Origin: Squalus acanthias
Taxonomy: Eukaryota
Direction: 5' to 3'
Assembly: GCA_030390025.1 (NCBI GenBank)
Contig: CM059431.1
Span: forward strand, 137,146,001 to 137,210,000
Length of the DNA stretch: 64,000 bases
How positions within the stretch are numbered: position 1 is the stretch's first letter; each line of letters starts with the position of its first letter. The notes under the pieces were generated by a model. That model was not told the DNA's origin. It worked only from the letters and a program-made list of their open reading frames with translations, and searched no databases. The position numbers and the translations under genes were made by a program. Positions 20,418 to 33,707 of this stretch are shown here, one piece after another.

Positions 20418-22420
20418 CAGTGAGATCAGGCAGTGTGTAACCCGGGGAGGATGGGACCATTGAGATCAACACGGTGACATAATGGTTAGCACTGGTGCCT
20501 CACAGCGCCAGGGACCCGGGGTTCGAATCTGACCTCGGGTGACTGTCTGTGTGCAGTTTGCACATTCTCCCCGTGTCTGCGTGGGTTTCCTCCGGGTGCT
20601 CCGGTTTCCTCCCACAGTCCAAAAATGTGCGGGTTAGGTTGATTTGGCTATGATAAATTGACCCTTAGTGTTAGGGGGGGATTAAATATGTGGGGTTATG
20701 GGGATAGGATGGGATATGTTAGGGGGAATTAAATACGTGGGGTTACGGGGGTAGGGTGGGATATGTGTACTGTGGGGATTAAAGCAGGGACAGGGTACTG
20801 GATTTGGATGATCAGCCATGATCGTATTGAATGGTGGAGCAGGCTCGACGGACCGAATGGCCTGCTCCTGCTCCTAGATTCTATGTTTCTATGTTTCTAT
20901 CAGACTGTGTGTAACCCGGGGAGGATGCACCAGGTGAGATCAGACAGTGTGTAATACGGGGAGGATGGGCCCAGTGAGATCAGACAGTGTGTAACCCGGG
21001 GAGGATGGGCCCAGTGAGATCAGACAGTGTGTATCCCGGGGAGGATGGGCCCAGTGAGATCAGACCGTGTGTAACCCGGGGAGGATTTCCCAGTGAGATC
21101 AGGAAGTGTGTAACACGGGGAGGATGGGCCCAGTGAGATCTCACAGGGTGTAACCCGGGGAGGATGGCCCAGTGAGATCAGAGAATGTGTAACCCGGGGA
21201 GGATGGGCCCAGTGAGATCAGACAGTGTGTAACCCGGGGAGGATGGCCCACTGAGATCAGACAATGTGTAATCCGTGGAGGATGGGCCCAGTGAGATCAG
21301 ACAGTATATAACCCGGGGAGGAGGGGCTCTGTGAGATCAGACAGTGTGTAACCCGGGGAGGATGGGCCCAGTGACATCAGACGGTGTGTCACCCGGAGAG
21401 ATGGGCCCCGTGAGATCAGACACGGTGTAACACGGGGAGGATGGGCCAAGTGAGATCAGACAATGTGTAACGCGGGGAGGATGGCCCAGTGAGATCAGAC
21501 AGTGTGTAACCCGGGGAGGATGGGCCCAGTGAGATCAGACAGTGTGTAACCCGGGGAGGATGGCCCACTGAGATCAGACAATGTGTAATCCGTGGAGGAT
21601 GGGCCCAGTGAGATCAGACAGTATATAACCCGGGGAGGAGGGGCTCTGTGAGATCAGACAGTGTGTAACCCGGGGAGGATGGGCCCAGTGACATCAGACG
21701 GTGTGTCACCCGGAGAGATGGGCCCCGTGAGATCAGACACGGTGTAACACGGGGAGGATGGGCCAAGTGAGATCAGACAATGTGTAACGCGGGGAGGATG
21801 GGCCCAGTGAGATGAGGCAGTGTGTAACCCGGCGAGGATGGGCCCAGTGAGATCAGAGAGTGTATAACCCAGGGAGGGTGGGCCTAGTGAGATCAGACAG
21901 TTTGTAACCCGCGGACGATGGGCCTAATGAGATCAGACAGTTTGTAACCCGGGGAGGGTAGGCCTAGTGAGATCAGACAATGTGTAACCCGGGGAGGATG
22001 GGCCGAGTGAGATCAGACGGTGTGTCACCCGGGGAGGATGGGCGCCATGAGAGCATACACGGTGTAACTTTGGGAGGATGGGCCAAGTGAGATCAGACAG
22101 TGTGTAACCCGGGGAGGATGGGCCCTTTGAGATGAAACAGTGTGTAACCCGGGGAGGATGGGCCCAGTTTGATCAGACAGTGTGTAACCCGGGGAGCATG
22201 GGCTTAGTGTGAACAGACAGTGTATAACCCGGGGAGGATGGGCCCAGTGAGATGAGACAGTTTGTAACCCGAGGAGGGTAGGCCCAGTGAGATCAGGCTG
22301 TGTGTAACCAGTGGAGGATGGGCCCAGTGAGGTCAGGCTGTGTGTAACCAGGGGAGAATGGGCCCTGTGAGACCAGATAGTGTGTCACCTGTGGAGGATG
22401 GGCCCTGTGAGATCAGGCAG
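20418..22420. repeat. 40-bp minisatellite, about 39 copies (CAGTGTGTAACCCGGGGAGGATGGGCCCAGTGAGATCAGA), interrupted by a SINE after the first unit
   Basis: 40-bp period; a ~317-bp internal duplication is visible (about 21185-21490 versus 21505-21810). Confidence 0.97.
20469..20898 (+). mobile_element. HE1/V-SINE-type tRNA-derived SINE with CR1 tail
   Basis: TGGTTAGCACTGGTGCCTCACAGCGCCAGGGACCCGG..GTTCGAATC head, V-domain GGGTTTCCTCCGGGTGCTCCGGTTTCCTCCCACA, and (CTATGTTT)n tail. Confidence 0.92.
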
Positions 22421-22676
22421 CTTCGGTTTGCCTAAAGCACAGGGAGTAAATTGCACATTTCCATCCAGAAATTTGGAGTTTGGTTGGAAGGAAAGGCGGG
22501 CCGGTGCTCTGAGGAAAGAGAGAAAGTCAAACAAATGCTCGTCCCCGAACATTTATTTTTATTAAGCAGAAGAAATGTCTACATTACATTACTTCACACT
22601 ATTCATTTTGTTATTTTCTGTCATGCCATAATTAGATCTCGCTGTGAATGACTAAGTGATTAAGAAATGTCCACAG

Positions 22677-22777
22677 CTGGAAGTAAACACAGGTGAACCA
22701 GCACAGGATTGTGAGAATACCAACCAGAGAGAACCCTTCCGATTCAAAGAGCTTCTAGAGATCAACTGGGGCGAAAG
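22677..22777 (+). other. Candidate 5' exon (101 nt) of the NLR gene
   Basis: CCACAG| acceptor and AAG|GTAAGA donor; unique sequence; open in frame with the exon-1 ATG. Confidence 0.6.
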
Positions 22778-23344
22778 GTAAGAGAATGTCTCACTTACTG
22801 TAGAAAGTCCAAACGGTTACAAGGTAAGGCAGGAAATGGTGAGAATGAGACTGGGAGAGTCTGACCACTGAGCACAATTATCCAGCATGAGGCCGTACAA
22901 TGGGATGTGAAGTGAGATCTTTTTCTATCTCTAAACACACTATCACAAGTCAATCTTGTGTGTATTCTCGAGTAAAGAGGTTTGATCTAAGAGGTGACTC
23001 TAGTCTGGGGCAGAGCCCAGCAGATGGACATGTGTCTGTTTATTAGGCGGAGCTGAACTCGCACCGACACCATCAGATCTCAATGTTGAAATGTCTCAGA
23101 TCTGGTGACATATCAAGGGGCAAGATTGAACAGGGAAACTAATTATACTGAATTGATTGAACACGATGCAGAGACAAACCTCAAAGATCAGCACGGCCTG
23201 TGACCAGCGGGTACAGAGTATTGTCAGATAGTGAATGATGAGCACAGCTTCATTACCTTTGGATATCCCCAGTGTTTAGTACCGGGGACGGTGAAAGACA
23301 TTAAACGCTGGGTGAGTGTTTGCCCCCTGTTTCATTGGTCACAG

Positions 23345-23390
23345 ACACACACAATACAGAAGTAGAACAACACCGGTCAAAGCAAACAGG
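23345..23390 (+). other. Candidate 5' exon (46 nt)
   Basis: TTTCATTGGTCACAG| acceptor and AGG|GTATGT donor. Confidence 0.45.
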
Positions 23391-23507
23391 GTATGTGCTT
23401 CCAAAATCAACGTCAGATACACAGCGAGCATTAGATTCCCAGTGTATTCTGACATGGTGAGAACCCAAACCAAGTAAAGTGCAGAATATAGTCTGAAATG
23501 GGGATGA

Positions 23508-24225
23508 ATCATAGAATCATAGAAGATAGGAGCAGGATAAGGCCATTCGGCCACTCTAGCCGGCTCCGCCATTCAATGCGATCATGGCTGATCATCCAAA
23601 TTCAGTACCCTGTCCCTGCTTTCTCCCCATATCCCTAAAACCCTTTAGCCTTAAGAAATATATCCATGCCATTCTTGAATCTATTTAATGAATTGGCCTC
23701 TACTGCCTTCTGTGGCAGAGAATTCCACAGGTTCACCACTCTCTGGGTTAAGAAATTCCTCCTCGTTTCTGTCCTAAATAGCTTACCCCTTATCCTTAGA
23801 CTGTGACCCCTGGTTCTGGACTCCCCGACCATCGGGAACATCCTTCCTGCATCTAGATTGTCCTGTCCTGTCAGAATTTTATAAGTTTCAATGAGATCCC
23901 CTCTCATTCTTCTAAACTCCAGCGAGTATAAGCCCAATCGACCCAATCTCTCTTCATACGTCATTCCTGCCATCCCAGGTATCAGCCTTGTGAATCTTCG
24001 CTGAACTCCTTCCATGGCAAGAACATCCTTCCTCAGATAAGGCGACCAAAACTGCACACAGTACTCAAGGTGTGGTCTCACCAAGGCCCTGTACAACTGC
24101 AGAAAGGCATCCTTGTTCCTGTAATCAAACCCCCTCGCTATGAAGGCCAACATACCATTTGCCTTCTTAACCGCTTGCTGCACCTGCATGCTTACCTTCA
24201 GCGACTGGTGCACAAGTACACAAGG
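23508..24225 (-). mobile_element. CR1 3' fragment
   Basis: ORF 23635-24213 is the ORF2 C-terminus; (CATAGAAT)n tail. Confidence 0.92.
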
Positions 24226-24244
24226 ATGAGTAATAATAATAGTA

Positions 24245-24420
24245 CTTAATGCTGGAAACTCTCAGCGGGTCAGGCAGCGTCTGTGGGGAGGGAAGGTGGG
24301 GTTAATGTTTCAGATCCTGAACCCGTCCTCAGGAAATGATCGTTCACCAGAACTGTTAAACCCACCGTACCCTCCCCACAGACACTGCCTGACCCGCTGA
24401 GTGTTTCCAGCATTTTCAGC
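24245..24420. mobile_element. Palindromic Penelope-pLTR-derived (MER6-like) element
   Basis: AATGCTGGAAACTCTCAGCGGGTCAGGCAGCGTCTGTGGGGAGGG is inverted with CCCTCCCCACAGACACTGCCTGACCCGCTGAGTGTTTCCAGCATT. Confidence 0.7.
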
Positions 24421-25226
24421 TTTTATGACAGATTTCCAGATTCTCCAGTATTTTGCTGTCAGTAATAATATTAGAAATTGCTTTTGATTTTAGAAGAGGT
24501 GTATGTTTCCTCCCTTGTACAATATCCGTTATATTCAGGGGAAGACTGCCCAGAGTGCAATAAATTCCCGTTCCCGCTTTTCCCCCTGCCTCCCCCTCTC
24601 TTTCCGCTGCCTCTACCCCCGCCACACTGACCTAACTCCTGTGCCCGCTGGCGGGGGGGGGGGGGGGGGTGGTGGGCGGGGGGCTGGGACAGTGGGAGGC
24701 GGGGCCTGGCCAGTGGAGGGGGGGGGGGGGGCGACGGGTGGAGGAACAACATCACTTGAACTGTACAGGGTCGGTCAGAAGGCAAGCGACATTTTGGAGA
24801 GCCTCACTGCAAAACAAAATCATTGAATGAGATGTTTGATAAAGGTATGAGGGAGAATGGAATATAAGGTTATGCTGACGGGGTTAGATGAAGAGCGGTG
24901 GCAGCACGCTCGTGTGGACCAGAAACATCGGCACAGACCGCTCTCGAACCCTCCACAGCTTGTGCTTTGTCACGCTGCTTGTCCGACATCCATCTGTGAT
25001 GAGCTACACATTTCTCCAATTAAACATTGGGAAAGACCGAAGAAATGGTCTTCAGCCCCTGCCAGGAATTCTGTTCCCTCCCCGTCCCAATCAGTGTCTT
25101 TTATCACCTGGAGACTTGAATTTTCCAGTGCTCTCCCGGTCGGCTTTGATCCTTTCACCCTCCATAAACTTTAATGCATCAAAGCCGTGCTCACCGATCA
25201 CCCCTGTCCTTGTGAACCTACATTGG

Positions 25227-25638
25227 AACTATACTCAATGGAATTCAGAAGAATGATAGGTCATCTTATTGAAACATATAAGATACTGAGGGGGCTCGAC
25301 AAGTTAGATGCAGAGAGGATGTTTCCCCTCGTGGGGAAATCTAGAACTCGGCATAGTTTCAGAATAAAAGGGCGCCCTTTTAGAACTGAGATGAGGAGGA
25401 ATTTCGTCTGAGGGTGATAAATCTGTGGAATTCTCTGCCGCAGAGAGCTGTGGAGGCTGGGTCATTAAATACATTTAAGGCGGAGATAGACAGATTTTTT
25501 ACAAGATAAGGGAGTGAAGGGTTATGGGGAACGGGCTGGGAAGTGGCTTTGAGCACAAGATCAGCCATGATCTTATTGAATGGCAGAGCAGGCTCGAGGG
25601 GCCAACTGGCCTATTCCAAATCCTAATTCTTATGTTCT
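25227..25638 (+). mobile_element. CR1 3' fragment nested in an L2 remnant (about 25140-25910), apparent TSD ATTGG
   Basis: LYSMEFRRM..HLIETYKIL. The flanks rejoin as ACCTACATTGG|CTCCCGG, an L2 ORF2 motif. Confidence 0.85.
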
Positions 25639-26371
25639 TATTGGCTCCCGGTCCCCCAGCACCTCCAAATTAAAACACTCATCCTCCTTTAAATCCGTTC
25701 ATGGTCTTGTCCCTTCCTGTCTCTGTAACATCCTCCAGTCCCCCAAAACCAAGATCTCTCTGTTCCTCCTACTCTGGTCTCTTGTGCATTTCACCCTCTC
25801 CTCATCCCAACGGTGGCGGCTGTGCCTTCAGCTGTCCCGGCTCTGAAAATCCGTACCTAAACCTCTCTGCCTCCCTCTCCTCCTGTAAGAGCTGCCTAAA
25901 ACCCACTTCATTAAGAACATAAGAAATAGGAGCAGGAGGAGGCCATTTGGCCCTTCGAGCCTGCTCTGCCATTCAATAAGATCACGGCTGATATATTACC
26001 TCATCTCCACTTTCCTGCACAATCCCGATATCACTTGATTCCCTTAATATTCAAAAATCTATCGATCTCTGTCTTGAATATACTCAACGACAGAGCCTCC
26101 TCCACCCTCTGAGTGAAGACATGCCTCCTCATCTCAGTCCTAAATGGCCAACCACTTATTCTGAAACTGTGACCCCGGTTCTATCCTCCCCAACCAGCGG
26201 TATCATTCTCCCTGCATCTACCCTGTCAAGCTCTGTAAGAATTTTGTATTTTTCAATGAGATTACTTCTCATTCTTCTAAACTCTGAAGAATATAGGCCT
26301 AGTTTACTCAATCTGTCCTCGTAGGAAATTCCCCCGTCTCAGCAACCAGTCTGGTGAATCTTCGTTCCCTC

Positions 26372-27826
26372 CATTTAAGGGAGGAAATAGCAGAGACTCT
26401 AACAATCTTTTTCCAATCCTCTCTGGCTACAGGTGTGGTGCCAGAGGACTGGAGGACTGCTAACGTGGTACCGTTGTTTAAAAACGGAGAAAGGGATAGA
26501 CCGAGTAATTAAAGGCCAGTCAGCCGAAACTCGGTGGTGGGAAAATTATTGGAAAGCATTCTGAAGGACAGGATAAATCTTCATTTAGAAAGACACGGAT
26601 TAATCAAGGATAGTCAGTATGGATTTGTTAAGGGAAGGTCGTGTCTGACTAAATTGTTGGATTTTTTGTGGAGGTAACAAGGAGGGTCGATGAGGGTTGT
26701 GCGTTTGATGTAGTGTATATGGATTTTAGCAGGACTTTTGATAAGGTCCCACATGGCAGACTGGTCACGAAGTTAAAAGCCCATGATATGCTAAGCAAAG
26801 TGGCAAGTTGGATCCAAAATTTGCTCAGAAGGAGGAAGCAAAGGGTTATGGTCGATGGGTGTTTTTTGTGACTGGAAGGCTTTTTCCAGTGGGGTTCTGC
26901 AGGGCTCAGTACTGCGTCGCTTGCTTTTTGTGATACATATCAATAATTGAGATTGAATGTCCGGGGTATGATTAAGAAGTTTGCAGATGATACAAAAATT
27001 GGCCTTGCGGTGGATAATGAAGAAGAAAGCTGCAGACTGCAGGAAGATATCAATGGACTGGTCAGGTGGGCAGACCAGTGACACATGGAATTAAAACCGG
27101 TCAAGTGCGCGCTAATGCATTTGGGGAGGGCGAACAAGGCAAGAGAATACACAATAAATGGTAGGACACTGATAAATGCAGGGAACACGAGGGACCTTGG
27201 AGTGCATGTCCACAGATCCCAGAAGTTAGCAGGGCAGTTAGATATGGTGGTTAAGAAAGCATACTGGATACTTGCCTTTATTAGCTGAGGCATAGAATAT
27301 AAGAGCAGGGATGTTTTGCTTGAACTGTATACAACGCTAATTAGGCCACAGCTAGAGTACTGCGTGCAGTTCTGATCACCACATTACAGGAAGGATGTGA
27401 TTGTACTGTAGAGGGTACAGAGGAGATTTACTAGGATGTTGCCTGGACTGGAGAATTTTAGCTATGAGGAAAAATTGGAGAGGCTAGATAGAGTGGATAG
27501 GAAGGAACTAATTCCCTTAGCAGAAGGGTCAATAACCATGGGACATAGATTTAAAGTAATTGGTCGGAAGTTTAGAGGGATTTGAGAAGAATTGTATTCA
27601 CCCAGAGGGTGGTGGGGATCTGGAGCTCACTGCCTGAAAGGGTTGTAGAGGCAGAGACCCTCATCACATTTTAAAAGGACTTGGACATGCACTTGAAGTG
27701 CCATAACCTACAAGGCTACGGACCAAGTGCTGGAAAGTGGGATTAGGGGGGATAGCTCTTCGTCGGTCGGCATGGACAAGCTGGGCCAAATGGCCTCCTT
27801 TTGTGCTGTAAATGTCTATGATTCTA
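26372..27826 (+). mobile_element. CR1 (RT to 3' tail) nested in the minus-strand CR1
   Basis: VVYMDFSRTFDKVPH and KFADDTK motifs; ends ...CTATGATTCTATG. Confidence 0.88.
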
Positions 27827-29060
27827 TGGCAAGTATACCCTTCCTTGGGTAAGGAGACCTAAACTGTACAGAATACTCCAGGTCTAGTCTCAGCAGGGCC
27901 CTATATAATCGCAGTAAGACGTCTTTACTCTTATACTCAAATCCTATTCTGATAAAGGCCAACATACCATTTGCTTTCCTAATTGCTTGCATGTTAACTT
28001 TCAGTGATTCGTTTACAAGGACACCCAGGTCCCTCAGAACACCAACATTTCCCAATCTCTCAGCATTTAAAAATACTGTGCTTTTCTATTTTGCCTACCA
28101 AAGTGGATAACTTCACATTTCTCCACGTAATATTCCATTTGCCATGTTCCTGCCCACTCACATAGCCTGTTCTCACTCGTTTTGAAGCCTTCTTGCATCC
28201 TCCTCATAACTTACATTCCCACGCAGCTTTGTATCATCAGCAAAGATTTGGTCCCCTCATCCAAATCATTGATGTAGATTGTGAATAGCTGAGGTCCAAG
28301 CACTGATTCTTGCGGTGCCCCACTAGTTACAGCCTCCCAAACCAAAAATGACCCGTTTATTCCTACTCTCTGTTTTCTGTCAGTTAACCAATCCTCAATC
28401 CATGCGAGTATATTAGCCGCATTCCCATGAGCACTAATTTTGTTTAATAACCTCTTGTGTGGCACCTTATTGAATGCCTTCTGAAAATCCAAATACACCA
28501 CATCCACTGGTTCCCCCTTATCCATTCTGCGAGTTATAAACTCAAAAAACTCTAACAGATTTGTCAAACACGATTTCCCTTTCATAAGTCCGTGTTGACT
28601 CTGGCAAATCCTATTATTATTTTCTAAGTGCTCTGTTACCACGTCCTTAATCATAGATTCTAGCATTTTCCCTGTTACTGATGTCAGCTAACTTGTCTGT
28701 AATTCCTCGTTTCTCTCTACCTCCTTTCTTAAATCGTGTTGTTACATTTGATACCTTCCAATCCGCGGGAACCATTCTAGAATCTGTGGAATTTTGGAAA
28801 ATGACCACCAATGCATTCACTATCTCTATAGACACCACTTTCAAAACCATAGGATGTAGAACATCAGGTCCAGGGGATTGCTGGTCTTTCAGTCCCATTA
28901 ATTTCTCCAGTACTATTTTTTAAAACTAATACGAATTTCATTCAGTTCCTCATTCTCGCTCGACCCTTGGTTCTCCACTAGTTCTGGCAATTTTTTTGCG
29001 TCGCCTTCAGTGAAGACAAACACAAAATATTTGTTTAATTTCCCTGCCATTTCCTTATTC

Positions 29061-29241
29061 GGAGATGCCGGTGTTGGACTGGGGTGGACAGAATTGAGAG
29101 GTCGCACAACACCAGGTTATAGTCCAACAGTTTTATTTGAAATCACAAGCTTCACCTGAGGAAGGGGCGATCGATAGCTCCAAAAGCTTGTGATTTCAAA
29201 TAAAACTGTTGGACTATAACCTGGTGTTGTGCGACCTCTCA
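29061..29241 (-). mobile_element. Fold-back Penelope-derived element with 12-bp TSD ATTTCCTTATTC
   Basis: Inverted arms GAGAGGTCGCACAACACCAGG...CCTGGTGTTGTGCGACCTCTC; TSD copies at 29049-29060 and 29242-29253. Confidence 0.88.
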
Positions 29242-29760
29242 ATTTCCTTATTCCCCATTATAATTTCCCCTTTCTCAGTCTGTAAGGAACCAACGTTTAC
29301 TTTTGCTAATCTTTTCCCTTTTACAATACCTATAGAAGCTTTTACAGTCTGTTTTTATGTCTCTTGCTAGTTTACTCTAATTCTATTGTCCCTTTCTTTG
29401 TCTTTCTTGGTCCTCTTTGCTGAATTCTAAAATCCTCCCAATCCTCAGGCTTACTACTCTTTTTGGCAACATTTTAAACCTCTTCCTTTGATCTAATACT
29501 ATTTTAACTTCACTTGTTAGCCACGGTTGGACCACTTCTCCTGTGGAGTTTTTGTGCCTTAAAGGAATGTACATTTGTTGTAAATGATGAATTAATCCTT
29601 TAAATGCTAGCCATTGCTTGTCTACTGTCATACCTTTTAATCTAGTGTCCCAATCTAATTATCCAACTGGCCACTCATACCTACGTATTTGGCTTGGTTT
29701 CGATTTAAGTCCTTAGTTTCGGATTTAACGAAATCATTTTCAAACTCAATATAAAATTCA

Positions 29761-30438
29761 GACTCAGATATTCACTAGTCCTGGAGGTGGACTGGGGAGA
29801 AAGTTCCGAGAGTCCCATTGATTCCGATACACTCTGGTCCTGGAGATGGACTGGGGAGAAAGGCTAGAGAGAGTCCCATTGACTCAGATACACATTGGTC
29901 CTGGAGATGGACTGGGGAGAAAGGTCAGAGAGAGTCCCTTTGACTCAGATACACACCGGTCCTGGGGATGAAATGTCCGAAAGGTCAGAGAGAGTCCCAT
30001 TGACTCCGATACACTCTGGTCCTGGAGATGGACCGGGGAGAAAGGTCAGAGAGAGTCCCATTGACTCCGATACACTCTGGTCCTGGAGGTGAACTGGGGA
30101 GAAAGGTCAGAGAGAGTCCCATTGACTCAGATACACACTGGTCCTGGAGATGGACTGGGGAGAAAGATGCGAGAGAGACCCATTGACTCAGATACACACT
30201 GCTCCTGGAGATGGACTGGGGAGAAAGGTCAGAGAGAGTCCCATTGACTCAGATACACACTGGTCCTGGAGATGGACTGAGGAGAAAGGTCAGAGAGAGT
30301 CCCATTGACTCAGATACACACTGGTCCTGGAGATGGACTAGGGAGAAAGGTCAGAGTGAGTCCCATTGACGCAGGTACACACTGGTCCTGGAGATGGACT
30401 GGGGAGAAAGGTCAGAGAGCGTCCCATTGACTCAGATG
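29761..30438. repeat. ~61-bp minisatellite, about 11 copies, embedded in a CR1
   Basis: Unit GACTCAGATACACACTGGTCCTGGAGATGGACTGGGGAGAAAGGTCAGAGAGAGTCCCATT. Confidence 0.95.
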
Positions 30439-30774
30439 ATGTCCCCACACTATTACTGCAAATTTGGTTTGCCCAGTCTGTATGTAATTTAAAGTCCCCC
30501 ATGATTAATGTGTTACCCTTGCTACATGCGACTCTAATTTCCTGATTTATATTCTGCCCTACATAACAACTATTGTTTAGGGGCCTATAAACTACTCCCA
30601 CCAATGTTTTCTGCCCCTTGCTGTTTTTTCGCTCCCCCCAAACTGAATCTTCTACTTGAATTTCGGAGCTAAGATCATTTCTCTCTACCATCTTTATCCA
30701 TTACTTTATCGATAAGGAGAGCAAAACTGCTTCGTACTCCGGGTGTGTTCTCACCAAAGCCCTGCACAATTGTA

Positions 30775-33707
30775 GCATAGAAACATAGAAGATAGGAGCA
30801 GGAGTAGGCCATTCGGCCCCTCGAGCCTGCTCCTCCATTCGATGAGATAATGGCTGATCATCCAAACTCAGTACCCTGAACCTGCCTTCTCCCCATATCC
30901 CTTGATACCTTTAGCTTTATGAAATATATCTAACTCATTCTTGAATATATTTAATGACTTGGCCTCAACTACCTTCTGTGGTAGAGAATTCCAAAGGTGC
31001 ACTACTCCCTGGGTGCAGAAATTCTTCCTCTTTTCTGTCCTAAATGGCTTACCCCTTATCCTTAGATTATGACCCCTGGTTCTGGACTCTCCGACTATCG
31101 GGAACATTCTTCCTGCATCTAGTTTGTCCACACCTGTCAGAATTTTATATGATTCGATGAGATCCCCTATCATTCTTCTATACTCCAGCGAGTATAAGCC
31201 CAATCGAGCCAATCTCTCTTCATATGTCATTCCTGCCATCCCAGGAATCAGCCTTGTGAATCTTCGCTGAACTCCTTCCATGGCAAGAACATCCTTCCTC
31301 AGATAAGGCGACCAAAACTGCACACAGTACTCAAAGTGTGGTCTCACCAAGGCCCTGTACAACTGCAGCAGGACATCCCTCTTCCTATACTCAAACCCTT
31401 TCGCTATGAAGGCCAACATACCATTTCCTTCTTCACCGCCTACTGCACCTGCATGCTTACCTTCAGCGACTGGTGCACAAGGACACCCAGGTCTCCTTGC
31501 AGTTCACCTTCTCCCAATCTATTGCCATTCAGATAATAGTCTGCCTTTCAGTTTTTGACACCGAAGTGGATAAACTCGCATTTATCCACGTTATATTGCA
31601 TCTGCCACGCTTCTGCCCACTCACCCAACCTGTCCAAATCATCATGGAGTTTCTCGCCCACCCAGCTTTGTGTCATCTGCAAACTTGGAGATATCACATT
31701 TAGTTCCCTTATCTAGATTATTAATGTATATTGTATACAAGTCAATACCTTGCCCCCAATCCCATGTGCCTTAACTTTACACGCTAATCTCTTATGCGGG
31801 ACCTTATCGAAAGCCTTTTGAAAGTCCAAATACACCACATCTACTGGTTCTCCCTTATCTATTTTCCCAGTTACATCCTCAAAAAATTCCAGTAGATTAA
31901 TCAAGCACGATTCACCTTTTGTAAACCCATGTTGACTTTGTCCGATCCTGTCACTGTTTTTCAAGTGCTCAGCTATTACATCCTTTATAATGGACTCTTG
32001 CATTTTCCCCAATACCGATGTCAGGCTTACCGGTCTGTAATTCCCCACTTTCTCTCTACCACCCTTTTTGAATAGTGGGGTAACATTAGCTACCCTCCAA
32101 TCCATGGGTTCCAGATTCCATCGAATGTTGGAAGATGATCAGCAATGCTTCTACTATTTCTAGGGCCACTTCCTTAAGTACCCTAGGAATTAGATTATCA
32201 GGCCCTCTGGATTTATCGGCCTTCAATCACGTCAATTTCCCTAACACCATTTCCCTGCCATTACTGATTTCTTTCAGTTCCTCCCTTTCATCAGACCTTA
32301 TGTTCTCCTACATCTCTGGGAGGTTATTTGTGTCCTCCTTTGTGAAGACAGAACCAAAATATGCATTTAATTGGTCTGCCATTTCTTTGTTCCCCATTAT
32401 AACTTCCCCCGCTTCTGACTGCAAGGGACCTACACTTGGTTTCACTAATCTTTTTCTCTTCACATATCTATAAAAGCTCTTACAGTCAGTTTTTATGTTC
32501 CCTGAATGCTTACTGTCATACTCTATTTTCCCCTTCTTAATTAATCCCTTTGTCCTCATTTGTTGAAACCTAAACTGCTCCCAATCCTCAGGGTTACCGC
32601 TTTTTCTGGTCAATTTATATGCCCTCTCCTTGGATCTTATGCTATCCCTAATTTCCCTTGTTAGCCACGGTTGAGTCACACTTTTTGTTTTATTCTTATG
32701 CCACACTGGGATGAACAAATTCTGTAGTTCATCCATGCAGTCTTTGAATGTTTGCCATTGCCTATCCACCGTCAACCCTTTGAGTGACATTCCCCAGTCA
32801 ATCCTACCCAATTCGCGCCTCATACCATCGAAGTTTCCTTTATTTAAATTCAGGACCCTAGTTTCTGATTCAACTACTTCACTCTCCATCCTAATGAAGA
32901 ATTGGATCATATTATGATCACTCTGACCCAAGGGGCCTCGTACAACAAGATTGCTAATTAATCCTTTCTCGTTACATAATACCCAGTCTAAGATGGCCTG
33001 ATCTCTGGTTGGTTCCTCGACATATTGTTCCAGAAAACCATCCCGTAAACATTCTAGGAATTCCTCCTCCACAGTATTGTTTCTAATTTGGTTAGCCCAA
33101 TCTAGATGTAAATTAAAGTCACCCATGATGACTGCTGTGCCCTTACTGCATGCTTCTCTAATTTCCCTTTTAATGCCGTCCCCAAACTCCGTATTATTGT
33201 TTGGAGGTCTATATACCACTCCCACTAACGTTTTCTGCCCCTTGTTATTTCTCAGTTCTACCCATACAGATTCCGCATCATCAGAGTTACTATCCTTCCT
33301 TTCATTTGTGTTAATCCCCTCTTTAACCAGCAATGCTACCCCACCTCCCTTTCTTTTTTACCTATCTTTCCTAAATATTGAATACCCCTGGATGTTGAGT
33401 TCCCAGCCTTGGCCACCCTGGAGCCATGTTTTTTAATCCCAATCAAATCGTATTAATTTACCTCTATTTGCGCAGCTAATTCATCCACCTTGTTCCGAAT
33501 GCTCCTTGCATTAAGACACAAAGCCTTCAGGCTTGTCTTTTTTAATGCTCTCAGACCTGTATGAATTATTATTTACTGTGACCATGTTTGATTTAAACTG
33601 TTGAGTTCTTTGCCTTCTACTTTTGTTTTTCTCCTTCCTGTCGTTTGCTTTTATCCTTGTTTCCCTTTCCTCTGTCTCCCTGCTCAGGTTCCCAACCCCC
33701 TGCCACC
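30775..33707 (-). mobile_element. CR1 with near-complete but disrupted ORF2 and an internal deletion in the RT region
   Basis: ORF pieces 32308-33333 (EN), 31713-32105 (RT) and 30868-31419 (C-terminus); tail at about 30775. Confidence 0.92.

Larger units (their letters stand above)
25913..30710 (-). mobile_element. Decayed near-full ORF2 CR1 on the minus strand, hosting three nested insertions
   Basis: 3' tail at about 25915; RT pieces at 27816-29107; EN piece at 30440-30691. Confidence 0.88.

Noticed and set aside
20900..22420. CRISPR-like array
   Set aside because: Units are contiguous with no unique spacers, there are no cas genes, and the DNA is vertebrate. The same applies to the other arrays.
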